Positions 47,467 through 58,932 are shown, counted from the stretch's first letter. The stretch is 64,000 nt of DNA from Bacilli bacterium (GCA_040396875.1 JBBAWZ010000001.1:110198-174197), one strand, 5' to 3'. Translations and numbers: made by a program. Notes: a model not told the origin generated them from the sequence alone.

Positions 47467-48741
47467 CTAGGAGTTGTGCTTGATGAGGAATTCTTTGATA
47501 TAACGATCACGAATTTCAGCACGGAATCTGGAAATATTAGGGGTGAGAATTTCTTTTACTTTTGCAAATTCCATCTTGTATTGTTCTGCAATTTTAGCAA
47601 TTTCAAAATCGACCAACTCATCGGTGACTTCAATATTTTCAAGTTCTGCAATTTTATTTGCGACTAAACTTGCACGAAGAATATCTTCGGCTTGTTGATG
47701 CATTCGATCATGGAGTTTTGCTTCAGTCAAATCATTCGCCTTAAGGTATTGATCCATGGTTTGGTTACGTTGCTTTAACTTTTCTTCTAAGTCTGCTTTC
47801 ATTGCATCCATTTGTTCATGGATCGCTTCATGTGGTAAATCGATGTCGGCTTCTTTGGTGATTTTCATCAAGATTTCTGAATAGAATTGATCATCACCAG
47901 CACGAGTCTTGTTGGTGGTAACCTTTTGTTTTAAATAATCACGGAATTGCGCTTCTGTTTTAACATTAGGTAATTTCAATTCGGTAAATAATGCTTCGTT
48001 TAGCTCTGGAAGTTGTTTACTTTTCACTTCATGAACTTTGATTTTGAAGATTGCATCTTTAGAGGCTAATTCAGCAGCATAATTTTCAGGAAATTTTACT
48101 TTGAGATCTTTTTGGTCACCGGCTTTTAAACCCACCATTTGTTCTTCGAAACCTGGAATAAATTGACCACTTCCTAATTCAAGGGTGTAATTTTCAGCTT
48201 TGCCACCTTCAAAGGCAACATTATTGACGAATCCTTCAAAGTCGAATACAACCGAATCACCCATGGCAGCTGGACCTTCTTTTAACATTAAGGTTGCTTG
48301 TTGGGCAAGCGTGGTTTTAAGTTCTGCTTCCACATCCGCATCGGTAACTTTAATGGGTTGTCTTTTAATGCCTAAGGCTTTATATTTTTTAACTTTGACT
48401 TCGGGAACTAAAATCACAACTGCTTTTAAAACAAGTTCCTTATCAGAGACTTTTACGACATCAACTGTAGGACGGCTTAATGGGGTTAATTTGTCTGCTT
48501 TTAAAACATCTCCATAAGCTTGGGGGAGAATCGTGTTGATCGCAGTGTCATAAATTTTTCCTGGTGAAAGACGAGCACGAATCATCGCTTCAGGTGCTTT
48601 ACCTGGACGAAATCCATCGACTTTAACATCGGCAGCAAGTTTCTTAAATGCTTGCGTTTGTGCAACTTTCCATTCTTCAGTTGTAAAGGTCATTGTAATT
48701 TCGACGCGAGAGTTTTCTAATGTTTTGACTTGATGTTGCAT
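47467..48741 (-). CDS. tig: trigger factor
   Basis: 424 aa. N-terminal ribosome-binding GFRPGKAP signature, central FKBP-type PPIase, C-terminal arms. Confidence 0.95.
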   Translation of the reverse strand: MQHQVKTLENSRVEITMTFTTEEWKVAQTQAFKKLAADVKVDGFRPGKAPEAMIRARLSPGKIYDTAINTILPQAYGDVLKADKLTPLSRPTVDVVKVSDKELVLKAVVILVPEVKVKKYKALGIKRQPIKVTDADVEAELKTTLAQQATLMLKEGPAAMGDSVVFDFEGFVNNVAFEGGKAENYTLELGSGQFIPGFEEQMVGLKAGDQKDLKVKFPENYAAELASKDAIFKIKVHEVKSKQLPELNEALFTELKLPNVKTEAQFRDYLKQKVTTNKTRAGDDQFYSEILMKITKEADIDLPHEAIHEQMDAMKADLEEKLKQRNQTMDQYLKANDLTEAKLHDRMHQQAEDILRASLVANKIAELENIEVTDELVDFEIAKIAEQYKMEFAKVKEILTPNISRFRAEIRDRYIKEFLIKHNS

Positions 48742-48801
48742 AAGTGCCTCTTTCTTTTAACTTTTCAATTATACAATAATCACCCTAGGGCAAGGCAACC
48801 A

Positions 48802-49692
48802 TTACATTTTAATCATCATCTCAATATGTTTACGTTTTTTATCAATTAGGGCTTTTTCGGAGCTTTCTTCATCAATCTTTGGAGCCTTTAATTTTAAATA
48901 TGCATAAGCAATTTCGGTTAGGGCTCTAAAAAAGTAGTATTCCGGGTCAATTTCAAAAGGCACCATCGTTAACATATATGTGCTAAGAATTGAGTAGGCA
49001 ATTTGACGAACGGATGGATCTTTGATCATCCCATCTAGCTCAGCTTGATAACCCTCAAAGGTACCATCTTTAAATGGGTTGACCGTATCAATTGGATTAA
49101 AACTTAATGTTTTTTCACCTTTTGAAATGCTGATGACTTCGTCATATCGAGCATCAATGAGGGCCAGTACCAACATTCCCTTGATGCGTTGGGGGTAAGG
49201 CTTCGTGAGTAAATCTTTAATGGTGAGTTTTAAAGTCCATAAGTGAATGGGTTTGAGTTGGGGAATCAAGTCGGTTAACATCTCAAGGTCTTTTTTCTCA
49301 AATGCCTCGACAAAGAGCTCAGTCGTTTCTTTGATTTGAATATGCGGTGGTTTTTGAAAAAGGATACGAATTTGACTAATCCATTCTTCTACTTCTTGAT
49401 TGAGATAAGGTAAATTTTGATACGCCTCTAAGAGCATGCCATGTTCAGGAAATGTCCGATGTGTTTTGAGGATTTCAAAGTGAATTTTTAGAAAAACAGT
49501 TAATGCTTTTTGAATCATGGGCATTTTTAATAGCATGATTCTCAGTACCATTTGATTTGCACCCATACCAAGTAATCCAATGATATGGTAACGAATCATA
49601 TTTAAATCTTTTAATGCAGCGGTTCGCTTCACTAACGTTTCATAATCTTGTAATTCGTATAACGTTTGTAAATTGACTTCTTCCATATTCAC
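48802..49692 (-). CDS. hypothetical, predicted mostly alpha-helical cytosolic protein
   Basis: 296-aa intact ORF directly upstream of tig-lon. No motif recognised, and no TM or signal peptide. A DUF3196/MPN330 relationship is suspected from size and synteny only. Confidence 0.6.
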   Translation of the reverse strand: MNMEEVNLQTLYELQDYETLVKRTAALKDLNMIRYHIIGLLGMGANQMVLRIMLLKMPMIQKALTVFLKIHFEILKTHRTFPEHGMLLEAYQNLPYLNQEVEEWISQIRILFQKPPHIQIKETTELFVEAFEKKDLEMLTDLIPQLKPIHLWTLKLTIKDLLTKPYPQRIKGMLVLALIDARYDEVISISKGEKTLSFNPIDTVNPFKDGTFEGYQAELDGMIKDPSVRQIAYSILSTYMLTMVPFEIDPEYYFFRALTEIAYAYLKLKAPKIDEESSEKALIDKKRKHIEMMIKM

Positions 49693-49725
49693 CTATGAAA
49701 AGACCCTGAATCAAGGTCCTTTCAT

Positions 49726-49802
49726 TGGCGTCCCCAAAACGATTCGAACGTTTGACCTACAGCTTAGAAGGCTGTTGCTCTATCCAGCTGAGCTATGGGG
49801 AC
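49726..49802 (-). tRNA. tRNA-Arg (anticodon UCU), CCA encoded
   Basis: Minus strand GTCCCCA-TA-GCTC-AGCTGGATA-GAGC-A-ACAGC-CTTCTAA-GCTGT-AGGTC-AAACG-TTCGAAT-CGTTT-TGGGGAC-G-CCA. All four stems pair perfectly. 77 nt. TGCTATATT -10 at 49812-49820. Confidence 0.92.
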
Positions 49803-49832
49803 AGCATTCATAATATAGCATAATTTTTATTC

Positions 49833-51596
49833 CTAAGTCGCCATTTTTGAAAGTTTTTCTTGCAGTAAAAGTGCGACAGCGTTAGGTAAGAATTGACAAA
49901 GCTCTTCAAGCGAAGCTTGTTTTAATAAATCTAAATTTGGATAGCGTTTTTGTAACAACGCAACCCTTGTTGGACCTAATCCTGGTATATCATCAAAGAT
50001 CGATTTAGTTGATTTTAACTTTCTTAACCGTTGATGAAACTGTAACGCAAAACGATGGACTTCATCTTGCAAACGTATTAGAAAGAAGAAAAGATTCGGT
50101 TGTTTGGTGAAATCGAAAACTTCGCCATCCTTTGTAAGTAAACCTTTCGTTTGGTGTCTTTCATTTTTGAATAAGCCAACAATCGGTATCGTTAAACCAA
50201 GGTCCTGTAGCGAGGCTAATGCTGCATTGAGTTGCGTTTGACCACCATCGACCACAATCAATTGAGGTAACGTTGCTTTTTCTTCAATGAGTCTTTGATA
50301 TCTTCGTTTGATCAGGTATGCCATCGCACCGGGATCATCTTGTTTAAGGGTTTCAGGAAGATGAAATTGCCGGTACATTTTTTTAACGGGTTCGCCATTC
50401 ATAAACGTCACCATCGCCCCAACTGGTTCACTACCCTGCAAGTGTGAGTTATCAAACATTTCGATGTGATAAGGTGTTGGAATGCCGATAGACTTTCCAA
50501 GTGTTTCAAGAAGGGTTAATTTATCGTCATCTAAACGTGCGGTGAGGAAATGGTCATCTAAGGTTTGAATCGCATTTTCTTGAACGCTTTTCATCAATTC
50601 AAATAGTTTTCCTTTTTCGGCAAAGACCAAACGTAGATCCATGGTCACTTCTAATTTTTCAAGTAAAGCACGGTGATTTAATACGAGTTCTTGTGGTTTG
50701 GGTTTCTTTAAATAATATTGGGCAATGAGATTGAGTAATTGTTCATCACGATCATCAAAGGCTTCAACAACATAACTTCCTTTGCCTAATAAAATGCCTT
50801 GCCTAAAAACGAAGACCGCTAATGAAAGATAACCTTCCCGTTCAGCAAAGGCAAAAATGTCACGGTCTAATTTGTCATCCATCTCAACTAATTGTTGGGA
50901 TGTCACATGCTGAATATCTTCAAGAATCACTTTATATTCTTGGGCTAATTCAAAATTTAAAGCATCGGAGGCTTCCATCATTTTTTGCTGATATTGTGAA
51001 ACCTGTTTCTTTACATTACCCTTTAAGAATTCACTAATTTCATCGGCGAGTGAATTATACGTTTCTTCAGGAATATCATTGATACAAGGGGCTAAACATT
51101 GTCCAATGTGATGATATAGGCAAGCGACCTTTGGCAAGACATTACACTTTCTTAATGGAAAGATTTTATTTAAGAGATTAATCATCCGATATGCCGATCG
51201 TGAGTTAGGATAAGGACCAAAATGCCAATAATGTTTATCGGTGTTTTGTCGCATGATCTTTAAGTAGGGATCGCTGCCTTTTCTTAAGGAAATGTAAGGA
51301 TAATGAGACCCTTCTTTTAACATGATGTTATAGCGAGGATAGTGCTCATGAATGAGATTCATTTCTAAGATTAACGCTTCTTTTTCTGTTTGAGTAATAA
51401 TGGTTTCAAAATCCGTAATATGCATCACCATCGCTTGTACTTTTCCAGCTTGAGGTCGTAAAAAATATTGGCTTACACGTTTACTTAGGTCTTTCGCTTT
51501 GCCAACATAAATAATCTTATTCTCTGCATTTTTCATTAAATAAATGCCAGGTTTTTCAGGAAGATTTTTAATTTTGATTTCAATAATGGTGTTCAT
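49833..51596 (-). CDS. uvrC: excinuclease ABC subunit C
   Basis: GIY-YIG N-terminus (PGIYLMKN...IIYVGKA), UVR domain, RNase H-like endonuclease domain and C-terminal HhH. Confidence 0.95.
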   Translation of the reverse strand: MNTIIEIKIKNLPEKPGIYLMKNAENKIIYVGKAKDLSKRVSQYFLRPQAGKVQAMVMHITDFETIITQTEKEALILEMNLIHEHYPRYNIMLKEGSHYPYISLRKGSDPYLKIMRQNTDKHYWHFGPYPNSRSAYRMINLLNKIFPLRKCNVLPKVACLYHHIGQCLAPCINDIPEETYNSLADEISEFLKGNVKKQVSQYQQKMMEASDALNFELAQEYKVILEDIQHVTSQQLVEMDDKLDRDIFAFAEREGYLSLAVFVFRQGILLGKGSYVVEAFDDRDEQLLNLIAQYYLKKPKPQELVLNHRALLEKLEVTMDLRLVFAEKGKLFELMKSVQENAIQTLDDHFLTARLDDDKLTLLETLGKSIGIPTPYHIEMFDNSHLQGSEPVGAMVTFMNGEPVKKMYRQFHLPETLKQDDPGAMAYLIKRRYQRLIEEKATLPQLIVVDGGQTQLNAALASLQDLGLTIPIVGLFKNERHQTKGLLTKDGEVFDFTKQPNLFFFLIRLQDEVHRFALQFHQRLRKLKSTKSIFDDIPGLGPTRVALLQKRYPNLDLLKQASLEELCQFLPNAVALLLQEKLSKMAT

Positions 51597-53893
51597 TTTA
51601 AATGGATGATGGTAACCCCATACCCTGCTTGTTCTCCTTCACCTTGTTGAATGCGTTTAACAGTGGGTAACTTTTGAAAATAATCAAAGACCATTTTTCG
51701 TAACGTTCCCGAACCAAAGCCATGAACAATTTTTAAAGTTTTTGAATTGGAAAGCAACGTCGCATCATAATATTTTTCAACGGCAATTTTGGCTTCTTCA
51801 TAACGCATGCCTATGATAGTTAAACTACTTGGCACTTTCCCACTCGCGAAACTTCGTGTGGGTTGTAATGGCTTTGATTTTGCCGGAGATTCCGTTTTAC
51901 TTAATTGACGAGCCTTTACTTTGAGTGTAAGTCCATCACGCGTAATCATGACAACTTGTTGCCCATTGATCGATTCAATCTTTCCAATCATGCCTGTTGT
52001 TGACTCTAATACATAATCACCTGGATTAAAAGTGTCTTCCGAGATTGGATGGCCATCATTTTCATTTGTGGTGTTTGAAAGAGTTTGTTTTAATGCAATC
52101 GCTTCATGTAGTTTCAGTTGAGGATTGGCCAGCGCTTTAATCGTTTGTTCAACTTGAATAAGGGTTTCTTCAAGTAACGCTTCTTGTTTTGCTTTGGTAT
52201 TATCTTGAAATTGTTGTTCGAGTTTTTGAAATTCTTTTTGCTTGATGGAAGCTTGTTTTTGCTGTTCGAGCAGGTTTTGTTTTTCTGAAATTAAACTTGC
52301 TTTTAATTTCTCCACTTCTAATAATTCTTCTTGAAGTTTTAATAAGGTCTTTTGTTCTTGAGATGCTTGTTGATCGGCTAAATACTTTTCGGCATGGGCG
52401 ACCACTTGAGGTGCAAGTCCATATCGTTTGGCCATGATGAGTCCATAACTTTTACCGGGAAGACCTAGGATAAATCGATACGTGGGAATGAGTTTATCTT
52501 CATCAAATTGTAAAGAAGCATTGACCATCCTTGGTTCTTGTAGGGCTAAACTTTTTAAGCCAGGAAAGTGAGAAGACACAATTACAAACGCGCGTTTTGC
52601 TTGAAGGTGAATGAGTAAGGATCGAGCTAAGGATTCACCTTCTTTAGGATCGGTTCCTGTTCCTAATTCATCAATCAGCACCAAGTCATTCGGTTTAACC
52701 TGATCAGTTAAAGGAACCAATTGTTGAATATGACCTGCAAAGGTTGAAAGGTTTTCTAAAACACTTTGTTGATCGCCAATATCTGCATAAATGTGTTTGA
52801 AATAAGATAAATTTGCGGGTTGTCTAGTTGGAAGAGGAATCGCTAATTGATGCAAATAAACAAATAAACCTACCGTCTTCATAGCCACGGTTTTTCCACC
52901 CGCATTAGGACCAGAAATAATGACAATCGATTGTTTTTCCGTTAAAAGAAAGTCGTTGGCAACAACTTTTTGTGGATCAATCAAAGGATGCCTTGCACCC
53001 AACAATTCAATTCGTGGGGTGGTAGAAAGCTTGGCAATGTAACCTTGGGTTTCATTCCCAAATATTGCTTTCGCTTGAATGATGTCTAAATTACCAATTT
53101 GTAAATTATTTCTTCTCAAGATGTCTGTGTCTGGTTTAATAACATCCGTTAAAGATTTGAGAATCACAAAGATTTCTTCTTGTTCTTCTCCAAATAATAA
53201 TTGTTTTTCTAACGACAAGTCGACCAATGGTTTTGGTTCGATAAAGGTTGTTAATCCAGTACTGGATACATCGTGAATCATCCCAGGAACGCTGCCTTTA
53301 CTTGAGGTGGAAACCGGTAACACATAATGACCATTTTTCATCGTGAATAATGGTTCTGTTAAATGTGATTGGTATCGTGATAAAAGAGTTTGGATTAATG
53401 CAAGCATTTGCCCATCAATCGCGTGTAATCTTTTTCGAATTCTTTGTAAGTTTTCGGAGGCTTGATCTTGAATGGTTCCTTGTGGCGTCAGGATCGTTTC
53501 AAGTCGTTGTCGTAAAGGTTTACATGGTGCTAAAGATTTCCATAGTGTCGCTAATAACGGGAATTCAGGTTTGATGCTGCTGACAAAATCTAAAACCCTT
53601 TGAATGGTGTGTAAATCTAGTTGAATAGCAATTAATGCTTCTAAGGTGATGACACTTCCTTTTTCAATTAATGAAAGACTAGTTTCTAAATCTTGACTTG
53701 CGTGAATGGGTAAAGCAGCGAATCTTGTCATCAGTCGCATCATCTCGTCAACTTGATTTCCTTTTAAAGGTAATTCAGATTCAGAAATGAAAGTTTGATC
53801 GAGGATCCAACGTTGACCAAGTATGGTTTTGCTAAACCCTTTTATGCGCTCAAGGATTAAAGGAATTTCAAGAATGGATACAAGCGTTTTCAT
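51593..53893 (-). CDS. mutS2: endonuclease MutS2
   Basis: ISGPNAGGKT Walker A, coiled-coil linker, C-terminal Smr domain (LKIVHGFGSGTLR). Confidence 0.9.
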   Translation of the reverse strand: MKTLVSILEIPLILERIKGFSKTILGQRWILDQTFISESELPLKGNQVDEMMRLMTRFAALPIHASQDLETSLSLIEKGSVITLEALIAIQLDLHTIQRVLDFVSSIKPEFPLLATLWKSLAPCKPLRQRLETILTPQGTIQDQASENLQRIRKRLHAIDGQMLALIQTLLSRYQSHLTEPLFTMKNGHYVLPVSTSSKGSVPGMIHDVSSTGLTTFIEPKPLVDLSLEKQLLFGEEQEEIFVILKSLTDVIKPDTDILRRNNLQIGNLDIIQAKAIFGNETQGYIAKLSTTPRIELLGARHPLIDPQKVVANDFLLTEKQSIVIISGPNAGGKTVAMKTVGLFVYLHQLAIPLPTRQPANLSYFKHIYADIGDQQSVLENLSTFAGHIQQLVPLTDQVKPNDLVLIDELGTGTDPKEGESLARSLLIHLQAKRAFVIVSSHFPGLKSLALQEPRMVNASLQFDEDKLIPTYRFILGLPGKSYGLIMAKRYGLAPQVVAHAEKYLADQQASQEQKTLLKLQEELLEVEKLKASLISEKQNLLEQQKQASIKQKEFQKLEQQFQDNTKAKQEALLEETLIQVEQTIKALANPQLKLHEAIALKQTLSNTTNENDGHPISEDTFNPGDYVLESTTGMIGKIESINGQQVVMITRDGLTLKVKARQLSKTESPAKSKPLQPTRSFASGKVPSSLTIIGMRYEEAKIAVEKYYDATLLSNSKTLKIVHGFGSGTLRKMVFDYFQKLPTVKRIQQGEGEQAGYGVTIIHLK

Positions 53894-53948
53894 CTAGAAA
53901 TAACTATATCATCTCTTCGTTAGGGTCTCTTGCATAAATGCTATAATA

Positions 53949-54851
53949 ATGTCAGTGAAAAAAGTAACGCCTCACACCAAAACCCTATTGGTTTCTGAAG
54001 CAGTATTCGAAAAAATTAAAGCGTTGTATGCGGATCATCAACAATCTTCTCCGCATACATCCATCGTTTTCTTTGCAAAACTAGATCACTTTACTGTGTC
54101 GGTTTATTCGCCAAAATCAGAAAAATTTAAAGTTCTTTATCAAGGCTTTAACTTTGATGAAGATGCAGCTTTGTGGTTAAAAAAAGAAACGAAACATGCT
54201 CCCACCAAAAGCCATTACGGAAGTGATGAAGTTGGCACAGGAGATTTCTTTGGACCAGTTGTGGTCACGGCAAGTTTAGTTCAAGAAAAAGATGTCCAGT
54301 TTTTGGAAGAATTAGGCGTTAAAGATTCAAAATTAATTCCCGATGCAACCATTCTTAAAATGGCAGACCAAATGACGGGTCGTATTCCACACGTCACAAC
54401 CATTGTTAACCCTCTCAAATATCAAGCAATGGTGGCAAAAGGTTACAATTTAAACGAAATTAAAGCTAAACTGCATCATCATGCGATGTTAACCTTAAAG
54501 CAAAAAGTGAATCTTGAACTTCCCATGGTGATCGATCAATTTGCCAGCGAAGAAAAGTTCCATAGTTATTTAAAAGGTCTACCGCCAATCCCACACCTTG
54601 TACTCAAAGAAAAAGCTGAAAGTTTATTTCTCGCAGTTGCCGCAAGTAGTATCCTTGCTAGAGCTAAGTTTATTCGGGCGATGAATGATATGGGAAGAAT
54701 TTTCACCGTTAAATTACCATTTGGTGCTTCTGATAAAGTTGAACAATTCGCATTAGAATTTGCCCAGCATCATGGTTTAGAAACGTTGAAAGGTATTTGC
54801 AAAACAAACTTTAAAACGTTAAAAAGAATTACAGACAAATTAGGATCTTAA
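53949..54851 (+). CDS. rnhC: ribonuclease HIII
   Basis: 300 aa. N-terminal DNA-binding-like domain, then GSDEVGTGDFFGP and DSK catalytic motifs. Confidence 0.85.
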   Translation: MSVKKVTPHTKTLLVSEAVFEKIKALYADHQQSSPHTSIVFFAKLDHFTVSVYSPKSEKFKVLYQGFNFDEDAALWLKKETKHAPTKSHYGSDEVGTGDFFGPVVVTASLVQEKDVQFLEELGVKDSKLIPDATILKMADQMTGRIPHVTTIVNPLKYQAMVAKGYNLNEIKAKLHHHAMLTLKQKVNLELPMVIDQFASEEKFHSYLKGLPPIPHLVLKEKAESLFLAVAASSILARAKFIRAMNDMGRIFTVKLPFGASDKVEQFALEFAQHHGLETLKGICKTNFKTLKRITDKLGS

Positions 54852-55733
54852 TTTTTTTAATATCGCTTCAAAGTAATCAGGTAAAGGTGACGTAAACGTC
54901 ATCTTTTTTTTCGTCGTTGGATGGGTCAACGTTAATTGGTAAGCATGTAAAAGCTGACCACCTTGATGAAGAGGGTGTTTTTGAGGCATATAGAGTGGAT
55001 CACTCTCAATCGGTCGATGAATAAAATTCATGTGGACGCGAATTTGGTGGGTTCGTCCGGTTGCAAGATGACAGGCTACGAGGGTATGGTTTGCAAAACG
55101 TTCTATGACATCAAAACTGGTCTCTGCAGGTTTACCTTCAGCGATCACGTCCATCGCCAAACGATCATCTGGGTCTCTACCAATCGGAGCGATAATTTTT
55201 CCTTTGTTTTCCTTGATCAATCCTCGAACCAATGCATAATAATCTCGTTTCATCTCATGATCTTTCAATTGAGCGGCTAGGAATCTGTGAGCTTGATCAT
55301 GTTTAGCAACGACCATTAATCCTGAGGTATCTTTGTCTAAACGATGAACGATACCGGGACGAATTTCACCATTGATGCCACTTAAGTCTTTGAGGTGATA
55401 AAGCAACGCATTCACCAACGTTCCGGTCGGATGGCCCGGTGCTGGATGTACGACCATGCCTTGGGGTTTCATGATGATGGCAAGATCTTGATCTTGATAA
55501 ACAATTTGAAGAGGCATATCTTCTGCCTTCATGGAAATCGCTTCTGTCGGAAAAGGTAATAACGTTATTTCATCATGCAATGAAAGACGATGACTTGATT
55601 TGGACTTTGTTCCATTGATTAAGACATATCCATCATCAATGAGGGATTGCCATCTTGCTCGTGAATGAGAAGGATCTGATTTGGTAAGCCATTGATCTAA
55701 ACGGGTGTTTACGTCGCTTGTTTGAATCTTCAT
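54840..55733 (-). CDS. rluD: 23S rRNA pseudouridine synthase RluD family
   Basis: S4 domain N-terminus, HRLDKDTSGL catalytic Asp motif, follows lspA. Confidence 0.9.
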   Translation of the reverse strand: MKIQTSDVNTRLDQWLTKSDPSHSRARWQSLIDDGYVLINGTKSKSSHRLSLHDEITLLPFPTEAISMKAEDMPLQIVYQDQDLAIIMKPQGMVVHPAPGHPTGTLVNALLYHLKDLSGINGEIRPGIVHRLDKDTSGLMVVAKHDQAHRFLAAQLKDHEMKRDYYALVRGLIKENKGKIIAPIGRDPDDRLAMDVIAEGKPAETSFDVIERFANHTLVACHLATGRTHQIRVHMNFIHRPIESDPLYMPQKHPLHQGGQLLHAYQLTLTHPTTKKKMTFTSPLPDYFEAILKKLRS

Positions 55734-56209
55734 TTGGTTGGCCTTTCAAAGACACTGACAGCAATGAGAATGATAACACCGATTGTCAGAACACTATCGG
55801 CAACATTAAAGGTTGGAAAGATATAATCGCCAATATGAAAGGAAAGAAAATCAATCACACCTTCTGGAAAAAAAGCACGATCAATAAAATTACCCCACGT
55901 GCCAGATAAAAATAAATTGATGGCGATATGATTCCAAAATGAAAACGATTGAAAGTTTTTAAGGTAGTAATAACCTAATGAAATACCAACGGTCAGAGAA
56001 ATCAGTGCGAGTAACCATTGGTTTCCAGATAAAATGGACCAAGCTGCTCCGGTATTTCTGGAATAGGAAAGATAAAAGAAACCATCAATCACGACTTGAT
56101 TGACTTGTGTTGAAGCTGCCCATTGTTTGGTTATAAAATCTAAAAGTAATGACCAAAATAATAATTGAATATACCAAGTTTTTACATAGGTGAAAAAGTT
56201 TTTTTTCAC
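55730..56209 (-). CDS. lspA: lipoprotein signal peptidase (signal peptidase II)
   Basis: 159 aa, 4 TM, motifs NTGAAWS and FNVADS. ileS-lspA-rluD order. Confidence 0.85.
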   Translation of the reverse strand: MKKNFFTYVKTWYIQLLFWSLLLDFITKQWAASTQVNQVVIDGFFYLSYSRNTGAAWSILSGNQWLLALISLTVGISLGYYYLKNFQSFSFWNHIAINLFLSGTWGNFIDRAFFPEGVIDFLSFHIGDYIFPTFNVADSVLTIGVIILIAVSVFERPTK

Positions 56210-58932
56210 AACTTTAAGACCTCAAGGCATCGGTCACACACTTGATGTTCTTGGTGAGCATGTAAAGTAGAAAAATAATTCCAACAGCGTGGACATTTTT
56301 GCCCTCCTGCAGGATGAGCTTCAGCTGCCATCAAGCTACCTTCACCTTCTTTGATTGTCACATCACTGACAATAAATAAACGGTGTCGTTCTCTTGCAGG
56401 TAGAGATTTCAGTGATGTTGCCAAACTCTTTGGTGCAGTTAACGTAAGTTTTGATTCTTGAGAACTACCAATTTGATTTTGACTACGAAGTAGCTCTAAA
56501 GACTTATTCGCTACTTCTTTTAAACGAAGGAAATTTAGGTAGGTTTGTAGATCATTTTCTTCATACTTTTCAACGTTGGGGTAATCTAATAATTGTGCCG
56601 AAATGACACCCTTGAATGAAAATTGACGGAATACTTCTTCCATCGTAAATGGCATGATGGGCGTCCATAACTTCATTAATCTTAACGTCACGTCATAAAG
56701 AACGTGTTGGACTTGAAGGCGTCTTAAGGATGTTTTTGCTTCACAATAGAGAATATCTTTGGTGATATCCAAATAGAAAGAGGATAGATCTTGGGTCATG
56801 AAGGTTAATAGCGTAGAACTTGCTTCTGAAAAATTAAATTGATCCATTGCGAGTTTGACTTGTGCTGTCACTTGATTAAGCTTAGACATCAGTAATTGAT
56901 CAATCCAACTTAAACTTGAAATCGGATATTGTTTTGGATTGAAAAAACCTTCACCATCGGATAAATTTCCTAGCATAAACTTAAAGGTATTACGAATCTT
57001 TCGGTATGCTTCTGCATTGCCTTTAAAAATATCTTCACTGGCTCTAGCGTCTGCTGTGTAATCTATTGAAGCAGCCCAAAGACGCATAATATCAGCACCA
57101 TATACTTGCATCATTTTCAAAGGATCTACGCCATTACCCTTTGATTTGGACATTTTTTCTCCCTTACCATCGACGACAAATCCATGAGAGACGATGTTTT
57201 GATAAGGAGAGATGCCTTCTGTAGCAACGGCAATAATCAAGGAAGAATTAAACCATCCTCGGTATTGATCGCTACCTTCTAAATAAAGATCGGCAGGAAA
57301 TTTCATCCCTCTCGTTTTTAAAACTGCTAATGAACTTGAACCTGAATCAAACCAAACATCCATGATGTCGGTTTCTTTTTTATACCCTTGATTGGGTGAA
57401 GAGGCATGTCGATATCCCGGTGGTAATAAATCTTTAGCATCCGTACTAAACCAATAAGAACTACCGTGTTGTTGAATCAGTTTTTGAAGATGTTTAAAGA
57501 CCTTTTCTTCCATGATGGGTGTGCCATTTTCATGATAAATGATGGGAATCGGAACACCCCAGGTACGTTGACGTGAAATACACCAGTCCCCACGTTCCTT
57601 AATCATGTTATGAATTCTCACTTGACCCCAGGTTGGTGTCCATTTGACTCGGGCGATTTCCTTTAATAACGTTTCACGAATCGGTTCAATCGAGGCAAAC
57701 CATTGTGGTGTCGCTCGATAAATTAAAGGCTTACCTGTTCGCCAATCATGAGGATATGGGTGATGATAAGGATGAACGGCTAGTAAAGCATTCGCATGGG
57801 TTAACTTTTCGATGACCTTTCCATTGGCATCGGCATAAAATAATCCTTTTAAATCTTCGCCTGCTTCTTCAGTCATAAAACCTCGACCATCGACAGGGCA
57901 AAGAGGTGGTAATTTATATTTTGTACCGACGATAAAGTCTTCCTCACCATGCCCTGGTGCAGTATGAACAAATCCAGTCCCTGTATCATTGGTGACATGA
58001 TCACCTAAAATAATCGGAGAGGTTCTTGGATAAAAAGGGTGAAGCGTTTCAATGCCTTCTAACGTTTTACCCTTGATGGTTTTGATTAATTGACATTGGG
58101 TTAAACCAAGTTGAGAAACGACCGTGGATTCTAAAGAGGTGGCAAAGACGAGTAATCCTTTATTGGTTTGATATAAACCATAATCGAATTGGGGGTGAGC
58201 GGCGATGGCAAGGTTGGCAGGGATTGTCCAAGGTGTTGTCGTCCAGATGACGATATGCGCTTCCATTGGTAAAATGCCTTTACCATTCTTAACTTTAAAA
58301 CCAACATGAATGGCTTGATCGGTGACATCCTCATAAACGATTTCGGCTTCTGCAAGGGCGGATTCACTACTGGGTGACCAATAGACAGGTTTCAATCCTT
58401 TATAAATGAGACCCTTCAGTGCCATCTTGGCAAACACACCAATTTGAGCCGCTTCAAATTGAGGATCTAACGTCAAGTAAGGGTGATCAAAATCACCAAC
58501 CACACCTAAACGTCGGATTTGATTTTTTTGTCTTTCAACTTGTTCTTTTGCAAAGGTTTCACATAATGCACGAAATTCTGGAACGGTCATCGTTTTGCGA
58601 TTGACACCTTTTTTGGTGATGTAATTTTCAATCGGTAAACCATGAGTATCCCAACCAAAGACAAAAGGTGTGTCATGACCTTGCATATGTTGATAACGTA
58701 CCACGATATCTTTTAAGATGCGGTTTAGCATATGACCCACATGCATATCACCATTGGCATAAGGCGGACCATCATGTAATTGGAATTCAGGTTTACCTTT
58801 ATTCTTTTCTCGCATTTTTTCATATAACTTTTGTTCTTGCCAATAAGTAATGAATAGCGGTTCTTTGACCGGTAAATTTGCCTTCATTTCGAAGGTTGTT
58901 TTAGGCATGAGTAAGGTTTCTTTTAATTCCAT
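56206..58932 (-). CDS. ileS: isoleucine--tRNA ligase
   Basis: 908 aa, HVGHML (HIGH), KMSKS, C-terminal zinc finger CPRC...CDRC. Confidence 0.95.
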   Translation of the reverse strand: MELKETLLMPKTTFEMKANLPVKEPLFITYWQEQKLYEKMREKNKGKPEFQLHDGPPYANGDMHVGHMLNRILKDIVVRYQHMQGHDTPFVFGWDTHGLPIENYITKKGVNRKTMTVPEFRALCETFAKEQVERQKNQIRRLGVVGDFDHPYLTLDPQFEAAQIGVFAKMALKGLIYKGLKPVYWSPSSESALAEAEIVYEDVTDQAIHVGFKVKNGKGILPMEAHIVIWTTTPWTIPANLAIAAHPQFDYGLYQTNKGLLVFATSLESTVVSQLGLTQCQLIKTIKGKTLEGIETLHPFYPRTSPIILGDHVTNDTGTGFVHTAPGHGEEDFIVGTKYKLPPLCPVDGRGFMTEEAGEDLKGLFYADANGKVIEKLTHANALLAVHPYHHPYPHDWRTGKPLIYRATPQWFASIEPIRETLLKEIARVKWTPTWGQVRIHNMIKERGDWCISRQRTWGVPIPIIYHENGTPIMEEKVFKHLQKLIQQHGSSYWFSTDAKDLLPPGYRHASSPNQGYKKETDIMDVWFDSGSSSLAVLKTRGMKFPADLYLEGSDQYRGWFNSSLIIAVATEGISPYQNIVSHGFVVDGKGEKMSKSKGNGVDPLKMMQVYGADIMRLWAASIDYTADARASEDIFKGNAEAYRKIRNTFKFMLGNLSDGEGFFNPKQYPISSLSWIDQLLMSKLNQVTAQVKLAMDQFNFSEASSTLLTFMTQDLSSFYLDITKDILYCEAKTSLRRLQVQHVLYDVTLRLMKLWTPIMPFTMEEVFRQFSFKGVISAQLLDYPNVEKYEENDLQTYLNFLRLKEVANKSLELLRSQNQIGSSQESKLTLTAPKSLATSLKSLPARERHRLFIVSDVTIKEGEGSLMAAEAHPAGGQKCPRCWNYFSTLHAHQEHQVCDRCLEVLKL

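Noticed and set aside
49693-49725. Imperfect hairpin AAAGGACC...GGGTCTTTT between tRNA-Arg and the 296-aa ORF as a terminator
   Set aside because: The stem is only 4-7 bp with a bulge, and the T run is short. It may attenuate but is too weak to annotate.
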